DNA of 63,896 nucleotides, counting the filler, from Dimargaris cristalligena (lineage: Eukaryota): the NCBI GenBank assembly GCA_003614675.1. It is 13 parts of 13 records of this genome, joined end to end, with 100 filler letters (N's around TTAATTAATTAA, not from the genome) between each part and the next. Parts side by side here need not be neighbours in the genome. Positions count along the whole stretch, not along the records: positions 25,046 to 29,936 come from ML003713.1; positions 30,037 to 34,908 come from ML003714.1; positions 35,009 to 39,880 come from ML003715.1; 10 more parts are not named here. The stretch is one strand, 5' to 3'. Shown here in pieces: positions 25,046 through 37,731 of the stretch. A model generated the notes under the pieces. That model was not told the origin of the DNA and searched no databases. It was given only the letters and a program-made list of their open reading frames with translations. Both the position numbers and the translations under genes were made by a program. Positions within the stretch are counted from its first letter, which is position 1. The number at the start of each line of letters is the position of its first letter.

Positions 25046-28000
25046 GATAGTGCCCGACAGGAATCGGATCATTGTCATTAGTGAGCTGAGCAACCCACCC
25101 ACCTATGGCATAGTCGGAGGCATCATGGAAGACGTAGGTTTGGAGGATGGGACTTAAGTGGGTGACCACAGGTGCCTTGGAGATAGTGTTCTGGAGATGC
25201 TCAAAGGAGAACTGCTTGGGTTTGGTCCAGACCTAGGGTTTCTTTTCCGATCGTAGTTCTCCAAGCAGTGAGGTGATCTCCAAGTAGTTGTTGCCTAGGG
25301 TAGGAGGTAGTTGGTGAATCCTATGAAGAACTGGATATAGTGGGTGTTTTGTGAGCTTTCCCATTTGAGGACAGTGGAGATTGTAGAGGAGGCAATGGAG
25401 ACGCCGACAGGCTCGACTTGGTGACCACAGATAACAATTTCCTCCTTGCCCCAGAGGCATTTGCTTGGTTGGACGTCTAGCTGGTGCTTGAGCAGGATCG
25501 CCAGGACTTCTTCAACATATCAATTGTGCTCTTCTTTAGTATTCAAGTACATTGGTATGTTGTTGAGGTAGGAGATGACAAGCTAGTTGTAGAGGTGATC
25601 GAGGATAAAGTCCATGAGGCGTTGGAAGCAGGCCTGAGCGTTTGAAAGTCTGATCGGCATGACTATGAACTCGAAGTAGCCGTATTATAATCCAATTGCT
25701 GTTTTCTCTATCGTGTGTTCTGAGACCCGATAAGATGGCAGGCGTGTTTGACGTCCAAGAGGATCAAGTATTTGGCTTAGACAAGCCAGTTGCGCATTTT
25801 GAGTCAGCTGTGTTGCGGTGTCTGATCTGACCAGATGACAGAGTTGAGACAATGATAGTCAAGGCAGAACCGCACGCTGCGGTCGTTTTTCTGGTGAATA
25901 CATTGAGCACTCCCCATGCTGACCAAGAATACCAAATCCATCCTTTTTCTAGTTCACCACGGATCTGTTTTTTTAATTCCTCGAGCTCATCTTAGGGGAG
26001 CAGGGGGAAACCGGCAGCAGTTCCGCTGAGGGTATGCTCTGAGTTCGAGCTAGAAGTCTTGTTTGCCTTGATCAGGCGGGTGATAGACGTCTGGCTGGGA
26101 CAGGGTTGTTTTGTTGTATTTCTTGAAAAGCTCTTTGAGAAAGCCCTCCTGCCTGTCTGTTGCGATGCCGACCGTTGGTTTCATGATGATCTGATGGAGG
26201 AGCTCTTCCAGGGTGGCGAGATGAGTGGTAAGGATTTGGAGGACATTGAGGTTGTCTGGGCTGTATCACCTACACCCCAGGGTGTATCAGGCACAGTTGA
26301 ATTTTCCGTGGCGCCATGCTTTGACAAACCGGTCGGGCTTCATCTCTGTAGTGTCTGGAAACGGACTATATGAAGGGGTCTAGCATCTGAGAGTCTGTTT
26401 TCGAAACTTAAGTTGATGGCAAAATTTGAAGCTACAGGGGGAGTGCGATACGTGTCTGATTCTGGGAATAGGTATTTTCCTGATGCAGTAGTGGTTGCCA
26501 AGGTAGCATTGCGAGTAGGTACAGGAGGATGGCCAGCTAATCACCAGGGGGTACAAGGAGTTAGACCTGAGGGAGAGGCCAAGACCCTGCAGTGCTTCTC
26601 CGCCTGCTTGGTGACTCCTGTCTTGCATGATTTGATGAGGAATGCGTAAAAGACATCACAGAAGTCCTGGTTGGTGAGAGAGTAGACCGTAGGCAGCAAT
26701 GGTCAGTCGGCCACCTGGGCTACAAAAAGGGCTGCATCATCGAGGGCAATTAGCTCCAGGCTCTCTTTGTAGTATTCTTCCAGGTAGTTGCTCACAGAGT
26801 GGACGAAGTTTGCTACTCTTTCATTGCTTTGGGTGAGGCCTTCCTATTCCTCAACCACCCTGGTCTTGCCCAAGCGGATATCTTTTGGGAGGTTCTCGAA
26901 GGGCACGTTTAAGATGGTTGAGGATGTTGATTGGGGGAGGTCGATTTTGACAATGCTGAGGTTTTGGGCAAAGGCAGTGTTGACATTGGGTAAGTTGATG
27001 GTTGTCAAGGTTGGCTGGGCAGTGGCTCCACATCCAGGGGTGACTGCCCTTCCATTTGCTCAGCCGCCAGACTGCCAATATACCCAGTTGCTCCAACGCC
27101 CTCACTAGCTCCAGGCCCAACTCCAGACGTGTTAGTCAGCAAGATGCTTGTCGATGCCAAGGTCCCGAGTTGATCCTTGCTGGCCCTTGTGAGTACTGAC
27201 TTGTGTCACTACATCAAGGGGTCTTGTCTGGAGGAGTTACTTGAGAACAAAGATAAGTGGGGGTGAGGAAGGAACACAGCAGTGCTCCCATGTGGTGAAC
27301 CTAAGTATATCAGCGCTCAATGATAACGAGAGGAAAATGGAGTAAAACAAGCAAAGTAAGAAGTTGCTATTGTCCGTTTTAGCCACTCTCGGTCAGCCAG
27401 GCAACCCTCCTCAAGGTCCACGTCCAGCTGTGAATTGCTGGTATCACTCTCTCCCTCAGCTCCCCTCTCCTGCTCGCAACGCTTGGTTTTCTTCTGCTGT
27501 GTATGTGCCTGAACCTCATGTAGACACTCCATAGCCTCAGTCTAGGCCTGATGTTGGCGGTACTCAGCCTGAGCCTCCCAAGGTCTCAACGTGCATCAGC
27601 CTGGGCAAGCCATATCATGTACGACGACATGGCCTGTAGTGTGCAAGCGGCGGTTTCCGCAGGATCTGTCCGCACTGCCTTTGTCATCTTGTCTGATGAC
27701 AGCTCGTATTTGTGATCCTTAGTGCCCAGGGGAGGCCTCTCAGGTATGCTGCTGGTGGAGGACTTTAAGGAGGCTGTCGGGGCTTAGGCCATCATGAGAA
27801 TTGAGGTTCAGGCAGCAGCGTCTTTGCAGGAGCTATGGGGTTGTCAATCTTGTCCTGCGGCTCCTTGAGACTGTTCTCATACTAGTAGTTGGTAAAGTCC
27901 TTGCCAAGACTGGCAGGGGTAGGTGGGAGAAGATCTTCAGGCTCTAGAAAACTGGGTGGTTGCAGTGTGGAGGCGATTGTTGGCCGCGTTGTGGGCCTTG

Positions 28001-28500
28001 CCTGTGACGAAACCCCCAACACGGAGCGCAGCATCATGTTCATCATGGTACTTCATATATATCCCATAAACCTGTGAGATCCATATAAAAAACGGAATTG
28101 GGCCACCCTCCCCCCTCTGACCGTGTTCATCCTTCTCATCCCTGCCACCAGCCCTTGCCTCTCGACTCATTTTGGTTTTTCAGACCATAATTTGAAGCCC
28201 CTATTGGCTGTCTCTGGGCATAAATTGCGGATTTCCTGTTGGTGGCGGCACTCCAATTGTGATGGCAGAGAAGCAGACAAATAGAGGAGAACCCTCTGCC
28301 ATATACATACTTTAAAAGTTTCACTGACAATCCGCTTCTTATCCTTTAAGCTTTGCTTCTTCTCCTGGGTGACCTCCATAGCCTAACTGTGTTCAAACTC
28401 TGCCAGGATGAGGGTCAGGTCATGTGAGGTAGCCTGGGCCAGCTCCTGCAAAGGAGAGGGGCCATTGCACCCCTCATTGTCCCAGTCTGATTTAGAAGTG
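25046..28500 (-). mobile_element. Decayed Ty3/Gypsy LTR retrotransposon (gag-like region and RT; 3' end cut by the spacer)
   Basis: Minus-strand RT motifs VRFCLDYHCLN, GYFEFIVMPIRLSNAQACFQRLM and VISYLNNI (ex-YLDD) at ~25500-25880. A gag-like region with a degenerate Zn knuckle lies at ~26450-26900. Many stops; the 5' boundary is approximate. Confidence 0.85.
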
Positions 28501-30036
28501 TACTCAGGGTTGCTGCTACGCTAGTCAAGATTGGACATTAATGGGATGGAGGAACGGAGGGATGGAGGTGAGGAGTGATAGGTTTAGCTGGGTGAGAGGA
28601 TGCAGTAGGAGGCAGAAGGGGGGAGCGGCGGTCTCCAGGCGGCAGGACTTGACGTTGTGGCTTGGGAGTCAAGGATGGATGGGGGCTTTGGTGGTTGAGG
28701 TAGGAGGATAAGTGGGAGAGTGGTGGTCATATGGAATGGTTTGGGAATACTTCAACTAACTCGCGCCCAGCAAGCGCTAACACCAAAATGCTCAAATTAC
28801 CTTTCGGTCCTGCTAGACCTTTTTAGTCCAGTTTAGCAAACTGATCCCACCTCAGGAGTTGGGATTAAATCTCAATCCACAAGCAAGTGAATTACAATTC
28901 AGATGCGCGACAAATTCAATCTGAATCATTTTCCATTTCAAAACAAACCTCTATACTCGTTTATCAAGTCTCCGTAAAAAGCTGTCATTCCCACCCATGC
29001 ATCCCTCATCCAAAAAGCTTGCTTCAGCTTGGTATTCAAACGCCTCACCTTCTTTACTGAAAAAATTGTCTACCTCTCCCCCAGCTGTCTCATCTGAACA
29101 AATTTCATGATCTAATTTTCAACCTGTTGTTCTCGCCGAGGCCGCAAGGCTGCCTTGCACACTGGTGGACTATCAAACACTGCTTTGTCCCATACGGATC
29201 GTACAATGACACAGAAAATGTCAAAAGCCAGAAGATATTCGCCACATGCTGCAAAAAGGAACAAGCATCCTTTCCGGACCAACGTCGACTGAGATCCTCA
29301 AGCCGGCCCCCCACCCGCAGATATCTTGTTTTGAATCCCTGAACCCAGATCTTCCACATTTCAGAGGAGGTAGCTTCTCTTCTTTTGTTGTCAGGCTTGT
29401 TAAAGATTTTCTTCCCCCACTCCCCCTAGGTGTGTCCCTTCTAGCAATCTCATCATTCTTTTTTTGATCCGCTGGACTCTAAGTGCAAGGCACATGTGCT
29501 CACTGGTTACCTGCATGGGAGAGGCTCCATGAGACACGAACGACAACCTTTCTCTTATACCCAAATACCGCTACTCCCTTGTAGCTCACATACCACAAAT
29601 GTCTGCCTTCCTGGACATTCTCTATCATTCACTCTTTATCTCTAAAGAAAGCTTGGTTCAATAATCCAACACCAGAATGACTTTGCGACACTGATTTGTC
29701 CCATATGGCCAGCAGCACAACACAGAAAGGTGTCAACCGTTCAACAATATGTTTGACATACACCCATAAGCACTCCTTCTTGCCCATCATCAACTTCTGG
29801 TCCTAATCCATTGCTCCCCCTGAAAAATTGAATCGATTCTCCAACAACCCTGATTCTCGTGCAGTGTAGAGTTGGTAGCTCCTTGGTTTTTGTTGACAGC
29901 GACAGGCTTGATTATTCTTCCCCCCCCCCCAGCCCTNNNNNNNNNNNNNNNNNNNNNNNNNNNNNNNNNNNNNNNNNNNNTTAATTAATTAANNNNNNNN
30001 NNNNNNNNNNNNNNNNNNNNNNNNNNNNNNNNNNNN

Positions 30037-30935
30037 TGCTGCGACCAACTCCCCCGGCAGTGGTTGAACCCACGGGGTCCCCCACCACTACGCTCAAGAT
30101 CAACCCCGCTCACCTCGCCCCCTCGGAGAAATTTGTCGCCTGGCAACCCACCCTCACCGTTGCGTCATTGCCCGTACCGGGTCCGGCATTTGGTACCGCT
30201 CGCCGCTTCTCGGACGGTTGTTTACTCCCTTTCAATCGGCTTCCCCGCTCCCCTGGCCAAGATACGGTCTCGCAGAAACAGCAGCGACAACTGCAACGTG
30301 GTTCAAGGATCAGTAACCTGCCGGGCCTATCGGGTTTGGGACTTACATCCAACTCGACCGGCCTTCATTCCCGCAACTCAATGGACACCCCCCCTCTACC
30401 ATCATCGCCGCCACCCCAATCTCTGTCCGGCCATATCAATAGTCGCCGTTCCTCCCAAACCCCCTCCGTATTCACTCTTAGCGTGACCAATCACCACCAT
30501 ACCTCCTCCCCCTCCTCCCTGAACCGTCGGCGGTTTAGTACCAGTAGTAGCATGGCCCGCACGAGCCTTTCCTCTCTACATCGCCGGCGCGGCAGTCGCC
30601 GTCGTTCGGCCCGGGACTCTACCGACTGGCGCCACTTCCACGATGAAACCAGCTCCCTGTTGCTCAGGTTCGCCAGCCAAGACCGGGTGATTCAAACCTG
30701 GCACCATCAGTTGGAAGAAGAGGCACGGCGGTTGGACGAAGCATTGCGTCGCATGGAATTGGATGATTCGGCCTCCGAGACATCGGACATTGACACCAGT
30801 CACCACGATATCGACGAGATTGTGGAGGATTTAGATGAAATGGAGTCGCACTTAAGTGGTATGGACAGTGGCGAGGATGACCCGGTGGCCCTGGGGCCCG
30901 ATTCCGACACGAAAAAGAACCTTAAGCGTTATTAA
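30037..30935 (+). CDS. 5'-truncated hypothetical protein, Ser/Arg-rich disordered region with acidic/coiled C-terminus
   Basis: GC-rich open frame running from the contig start to TAA 30935 and followed by an AT-rich 3'UTR. No domain recognised. Confidence 0.65.
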
Positions 30936-33401
30936 CCGCCCTTTCCTATCTGCAACCTTCTCGCTTTCCCACTCAACGGTGATTTTTTTTATTGGAGCAC
31001 TACTACCACATCTTGCATTATATTTTAATGATCATTGCTGATTAGTCCATGGTTTTATAAAGACTAGTCATCGTGGTAGATTGCTCTTTTTCGCCCGTTT
31101 CTATACATAATTATGCCTCATGGGTTTCAGTTCTTATTTTCATTACATTTTATTTTAGATCATCGTTACGATTTTAATTATTGCCAAACTAGTTGTTGTT
31201 TTTTGTTGCTAATGTTATGTAGCATCACTGTCTCTGTTCACTTGTTTGCTTTTCGTTGACCCTTATGACTAAGCGTTTTCTTACGTTCTCTATACTTGTT
31301 AATTGATGTCGTCCAGTTTCCCTATTTCTACTTAACTCTACTCTTCTCCCGTGAATGGCGCTACAATTGAATAAATTGATGGCTGAAATGAACAGCCTAT
31401 TTCACTAATGAAATTACACCCAGATGAAAGGACAATTAATTGAACCGTCTGTATCTCAAGATAAATAATTTTAGAGTTCTAACTAGGCCATGTCATGCGA
31501 TCTATCCAATGATTTAGTTTTTACTATACATGGAAGTTCAGTCTAGAGTAACTAGTAGACGTCGGCGATAAAGAAAGGGCGGGACGCTCTGTAAAGGCCT
31601 TCAAATCCTACCACTGTCACAGTTCAAGGTCTTGGCCGCGATAAAGTTGTTTCAAGCACACAGGTGGGCATTTAAACGAGTATAGTTAGCTAAGTGACAT
31701 CGTAACTATCGGGCCGATGGATAGACTTGTTACAAAAGGCCTGCAACTCTACCGTCGGGTATACCGATTTCCGAACTAAACCACACATGTCTATTATTTT
31801 AATAAAAACTGCTCTAGCCATTCGATTAGAGTGAATATTTACAATGCTCGACACCGAATATATACTAGCTGTTAAATGGCCATAACTAGAGCCCCGAACC
31901 AATAGAATACTGACCGACACCAAGCCTATGTTGACTACCGATATTAGCATCAAACAAGTTGTCTATGGCGGCTAGAATGCGCCTTAGCCAGACTATATAG
32001 CCATATAATCTTAATCGCACCCTACCATTTAGACCGGTCGCTGCAGCCATTATGTACCATTCGCATGTCACTATTCCAAATATTTTGCACTACTGTATGA
32101 TGTATGTAGTAGCCGAAGGAATTTATCCTAAATGAGACCTTTGGAACACCTCTTATATTCAGAAATTATTACCAATATGTATATGCTTAGTATTCGCCTT
32201 CTTCGCGCACAGTTTTCATGTATATATTCGATAGTATCCCCGAATACCAGATACAGTGGCTCCTAACCCTGATAGGAATTACCGCTGCTAATAAACATTG
32301 ACACCAGACAACAGTTTGTGGTTCTAGAGTAATGGGTCTCGATTTATCAAACATCCTTAGTACACCGTGATGTTTTTATTATCAAAAAATAATAAAAAAA
32401 TAGGGACAGTTTATTACTTGGCACTAAATATCGGAAACTGGTTTATAGCCTATAAAACCTACGTAGTGTATAATTGGAGTAAATGCCAAAATTCTACTAT
32501 ATCTAGGAATTAAATAGAAACATGGTCACCATTAAGTAATTCCAGTGACGCATAATAACATTAATGGGGATTGTGGGGTGATAAGAGGCGAGTTAATTAA
32601 TAACAAATGTTGAATAGTCGATTATATAGCCAACTTTGGAGTACGGGATGCGGGAGAGTGAATATGTGATTATGGAAATACAGAGGCGGGAATTCCGAAG
32701 GCGTTCATCGCTTTAGACGCATCGATTCCCGAAGACAGCCTCGATATACTCGGGTCAGTAAATGACTGCGGACCGGGAAGATGGCACCAGCTTTAATCAC
32801 ACTGACGATTAAACCGAACACCCTATGTCACTCATATAACGAATATGCAGCTTCATTTATTCGACTGATCACTGCGATAACAGCTTGTAGGCTTATCAAA
32901 TATATAAGACACCCCTTCAGACAACCACCATGTACCTTAGCTGTGTCTTCTTGATTGAAAACTTGAATATTGAAGCTAGTTGGTCCATGGATCATTAGGC
33001 AATACTGTAGTCCCTACACCGCTTTGCGAATGGCTATTGGTATGTGTACGGAAGCCTGAATATCCCAGACAGCCCTAGTCGTACAATAGGGCCTAAATAA
33101 ATAGTAGTACCCCAAATTCAAAGCACAAGACCTAGTCAGTATATAAAGGTCGGCGCTTTTCTATCGGCTAACCTCTACATATCTATTGTAAAACTACCTA
33201 TAGAACTATATTCATATTGGATGGACATCTTGAAACCATGCAACGCCCAAAGTATACACATAGCACGCCAATATATTTGATTAATATAATAGGATTTTTC
33301 AATAATCTCGTCTGTAAAATATACGGATACGTTTGTTTATTAAATCGGCGGGGAATTGTTTATAAAATAAACATTGGTCCTGTTTCCAAGCGCATGTACA
33401 T

Positions 33402-33770
33402 TTATGGAATGAAATAGTACCCCGGCTGCGTGGCTGTAAATGCAGCGGCGAGACTCGGTGACCCGGTTGGGGCTGTTGTAATCGTTACACCATGCGACGC
33501 GCTGGCCGAAGTACCCGCCGGTGGGTTCATTTCCACGATCGGACTAGATTGGGCAGTAAGTGAGAGTGGTGATGTCTGCGGTAGAGGAGGAAGAATGTGA
33601 GGATATTGGTACATTCTCAGGCGTTATGGGGTTTTATAAATTTATTTAATAGAAAAGTAACCTAGAATAATTGAAAATAATAGGAACGGTAAATAATAAT
33701 AATAGATGATAAAAATGTTTAAACTTAGCTATATCTTTTTTTTTAACCGGCTAAACGTCGGGTTTAAATA
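33402..33770 (-). repeat. Dispersed short-ORF repeat family 2, second copy (ORF 33402..33614)
   Basis: Leader and AACCGGGTCACCGAGTCTCGCCGCTGCA block match 5040..5354. Confidence 0.55.
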
Positions 33771-34313
33771 GTTTTCTAATTTTTAGGGGTTATGGATTAA
33801 GCTAGAACTGGCACTAGTCCTAACTCAGGTATGAATTCTATCGGCGGCATTCGGTTATTCGAAAACATCCCGTCATATTGTTCATCCTGTTGGAACCGGT
33901 TACGAATTCTGGTGACATGATAGTTGGAAGAATTAATGGTAACTGGAAGATGAATAATAACTGCGAAGGATAAATAAATGGACACAATAGGACGGTAATC
34001 CATTCTCATTCTCAGGAAAGGTTTGGAAGGATAACTTCGTCGATATTTACGAACATAAGAGATTATATAATATATAAGATAATAATAGTTCGAACCTCGG
34101 AGGAGTATTGGGATCTTCAGTGGCCGAACTATGGCTTGAAGTACAAAGAGGATAGGTTTTCCATGAGAAATATCGACGAGTCCAATTAAGGAAACTCGTT
34201 AAACAAAATTAGACTTTCATCCTTCCTGCATCAAGCAGTAATATATAAACATATATTTTGCTTCCGCTATAGTAAATCCGTCGTATTAACCTATTGCGGG
34301 AGGAAGACAGCTC

Positions 34314-34908
34314 TCACATGAAGTAAAGAATATTGGTCAACTTATTCACCACTGGTACCAGTGCAGTGACCTGCCCTTGGGCAGCCGCGGAAATAGTACT
34401 ACCGGCATCATCATCCGTGGATTCCACTCGACCATGGCGGTGGTAACGGGCGCGGAAGGCCAACAGGTCCGCAAAGTAGGCGGGTGGACACAGGGATACG
34501 GAACGGGTACAGCGGGGGAACAGGTAGCACATTTGGTTGGTGAGCACCTGAAGGCTGTCGGCAGTGAACTTGTTCTCGTCGTGAAGCACTGTGTAGTGGG
34601 TGGGGCGTGAAGTGCCCTGGAGGCCACCGTGGGCCTGCAGGAAGAAGTCGAACTCCTTGGGGTGGGTAATGTCGCGGTCCACCACGGTACCCGCGGGGCA
34701 ATTGCCCGAGCGGTCGGCCCGGTTGGCCTGGGCGGGCATAAAGCGGATATGGTGGCGCTTCTGGCAAGTCACAAAGGTAACTGGGACCGAATTCTTGTAG
34801 AAGGATGCGGCGGCTTTTTTAATCGCCCCCAGTTCATGGGTCAGCACGGTTTGGAACTGGGATTCAGACACACCATCCCGGTAAAACAGGATACGGCGGG
34901 GGAACAGT
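34314..34908 (-). CDS. Argonaute, C-terminal PIWI domain (5' part missing)
   Basis: [30 protein letters not shown] and [17 protein letters not shown], ending in a hydrophobic YFM C-terminus. Confidence 0.96.
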
Positions 34909-35008
34909 NNNNNNNNNNNNNNNNNNNNNNNNNNNNNNNNNNNNNNNNNNNNTTAATTAATTAANNNNNNNNNNNNNNNNNNNNNNNNNNNNNNNNNNNN
35001 NNNNNNNN

Positions 35009-35092
35009 AAGTCTATCATCACCTTTCCCTTTTTATCACCTATCTTTTCGAATAAAGTTCAGTTTTCAAGGATTTGATTTCAGTTCTTTATA
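35009..35092 (+). mobile_element. LTR family B terminus
   Basis: Reverse complement of 4808..4890. The terminal ..CTTTACA reads ..CTTTATA here. Confidence 0.6.
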
Positions 35093-35353
35093 CCATCTCA
35101 TCAGGAGTGCTAAAAATGGGCAAACTACTAAAATAAACTAAAAGTGTAAAAGAGGGATTTCTTTTATAGAGTTTCCCATATAAGTACCCCTGCTCATTTG
35201 TGAAGAGGTAATAAACTATAGCACAGGTTTCTTTACACCAATTAAGTGCATAGATGAGTCTCAGAAATTCCAAGATGGATGTTTGAGCTATTAGGGATAT
35301 TGCAAGTTTCTTGGAATATAATTTTTCTTTAATATTATATAGATTAAGGTCAA

Positions 35354-35938
35354 TATTACCCAAGTTAACCACTCTTAGTCTGTCAAGAGTCTTGGGGATA
35401 GGCTCCTAACAGTAGGTGGGGCTTAGACTCAGCCAAGCAGGCTACTAGCATTAGGTATGGGGCACAGTACTAACCAATAAAGGCTTATGTGATTGGTTAT
35501 GTAAGGGACATGCAGCAGGCACACTTATGGGTTAGTATGAATGGGTAAGTATATATAGAGTTTATTGGGGTAAACTAGGGGGGTAAGAATAAGCTGAAGA
35601 ACCTAACTGCTCTTAATGGGGCCCAGTTATATATACATGGGGGACAACTCCAGAGGGAGGTACCCGGGGGAAGGTACTACTAAGACTAATGATATAATGA
35701 GTAAGCTAACCAGATGGCTGGGAGGACTTAGAAGACTCTAATGGTAACCGGAAGAGTCTTTGGATCAGCAATTGAGTGATTAGTGTGAAGAGGTAGAGTC
35801 TGGAAGGGGAAGGGTTATATGATATAGGTGGATCCCATAGTACCAGAGGTGACCATGGGAAGGTTAATAGGGTACTATAAGGCCTAATAAGGGCAGGCAG
35901 CATAGTGTTCAGATTAAGGTAGATTAGAAGGGCCAATA
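35354..35938 (-). mobile_element. Solo LTR family A (585 bp) with 5-bp target-site duplication GTCAA
   Basis: GTCAA at 35349-35353 and 35939-35943 flanks a full-length homolog of 281..861. Both termini read TA instead of TG/CA. Confidence 0.85.
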
Positions 35939-36399
35939 GTCAACACCTACTGTAATACCAGGCTGACCTATCTGGGATATATATGCAGATAATGCCCTTT
36001 TAATTGTGTTCAAAATGATACTGGAGGTATGGTAAGTATAGGGTTGTGAAAATGCTAGTTTGGAAAGGTTCAAACAAGTGCTCATGCTGTCCATTTTGGG
36101 TAAGAGAGGTGGCTGCTTAGGTTTTTTGGGGACTGACTTCACAGCTGAGCCAATGGGGCTTTAGCTTTATGTGGGGGGTGAACATGGAATCCAGTCATTA
36201 ATGTATTGGTATTTCTGCCTGCCACTTTTGTTACAAATTGGACCTCCTACCAATGTAGTGGGATGTGCATGTTTTCCCCTTTTACTGTTAACTATCTCTG
36301 ATTTATCAGATGGATATGTATAGCCAGATGTTTGGGAATTGGGGAAGGGAGAGGGGTTCAAAGGATATTCTTGTGATAAATATGTACTATCATGGTGGT

Positions 36400-36730
36400 C
36401 CAACTAGGTTCCAAAGGTTGAATGGGAGGTATAATCAAAGTCCATCAGGGTGTTTTGATAAGTGGCAGTTGATTCACCCTCACTGCCATACATTGTCACT
36501 GGTGCATTGATCTGGGGGCCAAGCTGTGCTCCAAAGATTGAGGGCAGATTATTATTGAAGGTCTCTGGGGTGCTTTAGTAGGTGGCAGTTGATTTGCCCT
36601 CACTATCATATATAGTCCATAGTGCATTAACCTGGTGGTTAAGCTGGGCTCTAAAGGTTGAGTACAGATTATTTTCAAAGCTGGCTGGGGTATTTTGGTA
36701 AGTGGTAGTTGACTCACCCTTGCCGCCATA
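36400..36730 (-). repeat. 120-bp tandem repeat (~3 copies)
   Basis: GTGG(C/T)AGTTGA..CCCT recurs at 36462, 36582 and 36702. Confidence 0.9.
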
Positions 36731-37244
36731 TTTTGTCTCTTACTCACCAACCCAATGATTGGATCTGGTACTAGTCTTGAAGTACCCTTCTTGGTACTCG
36801 GGGTGTGAAGGTGGGGGAGCTGGCCTCACTATAATACTCAGGATATACCAGCCACTTATTTGGTCCACTGTAGATTTGCAAAGATCCCTCAGGAACTGGA
36901 CCCAAGAAAAAAAGCCTTTCCCTGGAATAAAGTCACTAAGTGCATATTCATTTTGGTTGGTAGTTTTACCTGGACTGGGTTTGCACTATATTGAATGGTC
37001 ACTGTAATGGAAACAGTGAGTGATAGAAGGTAAGCTACAGTGACTATACCACCAATAGTTTAAAGTGTGGCATTCTGTAGTGCAGGGGGCTTAGTAGGGT
37101 AGTGGATGAATGATAAAGGGAGTATGATGCAGGCTAGAGGTGGATTCCTTGTGGATATCATAGTGAAAAGGTCAATTTGAAAGCAGGTGACAAAGTAAAA
37201 CTGAGATGAGGTATCAGGTAATAAAAATAGGTCACTATATATAT

Positions 37245-37380
37245 GGGAGAAATTCATTCAGGCTGTATAATGAAAAATCCATTGGATGCGGCCAATATTA
37301 CTGGTTAAAAGCTATTCTCACATATATTCGCCCATACACGTATTATGTAAAGCCTTATACAGCTGGTTTAAATTTCATCC
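37245..37380 (+). mobile_element. 136-bp MITE with AT flanks
   Basis: GGGAGAAATTCATTCAGGCTGTATAA ... TTATACAGCTGGTTTAAATTTCATCC. Nearly identical to 59609..59740. Confidence 0.85.
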
Positions 37381-37731
37381 ATGTACAGCAGTCCAGGTAC
37401 AGACCGCCTTGAACCAACTAGGAGAAGTATTTACATACATTTGATTTGACGTGAATTAGTTACGCTTGTACAGGTAACTGTGGATGATAATCTATCAGTA
37501 TTTCCGTCTAGGGTTTCACTATCCTGCATGGGTATACTTACATTGGGCAAAAATTTACCTCAGGTCTCCATGTACCATGTTTATGTAATCTTCTGGGCTG
37601 TCCAATTGTTGTTTCCAATACCAACCTACTCTTTTTTAACACCCCTAACATTTGTATAGATCAATGTATAGTTGCAAACCAAGCTTACGGCCCTAGGCTC
37701 GTGGGTGAGAAAGCGGTGTGCAACGGAAGAG

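Larger units (their letters stand above)
35093..37073 (-). pseudogene. Transition-destroyed secreted-protein gene with 40-aa repeats, interrupted by a solo LTR
   Basis: ATG 37073 gives MPHFKLLVV*SL*LTFYHSL, a signal-like peptide if TAG was TGG. After one frameshift the reading continues through YGSEGESTATYQNT repeats and the listed ORFs 36167..36403 and 35924..36142. It appears to resume at 35088..35372 beyond the LTR. Confidence 0.6.

Noticed and set aside
33797-34009. 70-aa ORF with a hydrophobic N-terminus
   Set aside because: Too short and AT-rich to distinguish from chance.
36400-36730. Possible CRISPR-like array
   Set aside because: Whole 120-bp units are homologous with no unique spacers. 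It is a coding tandem repeat in a eukaryote.
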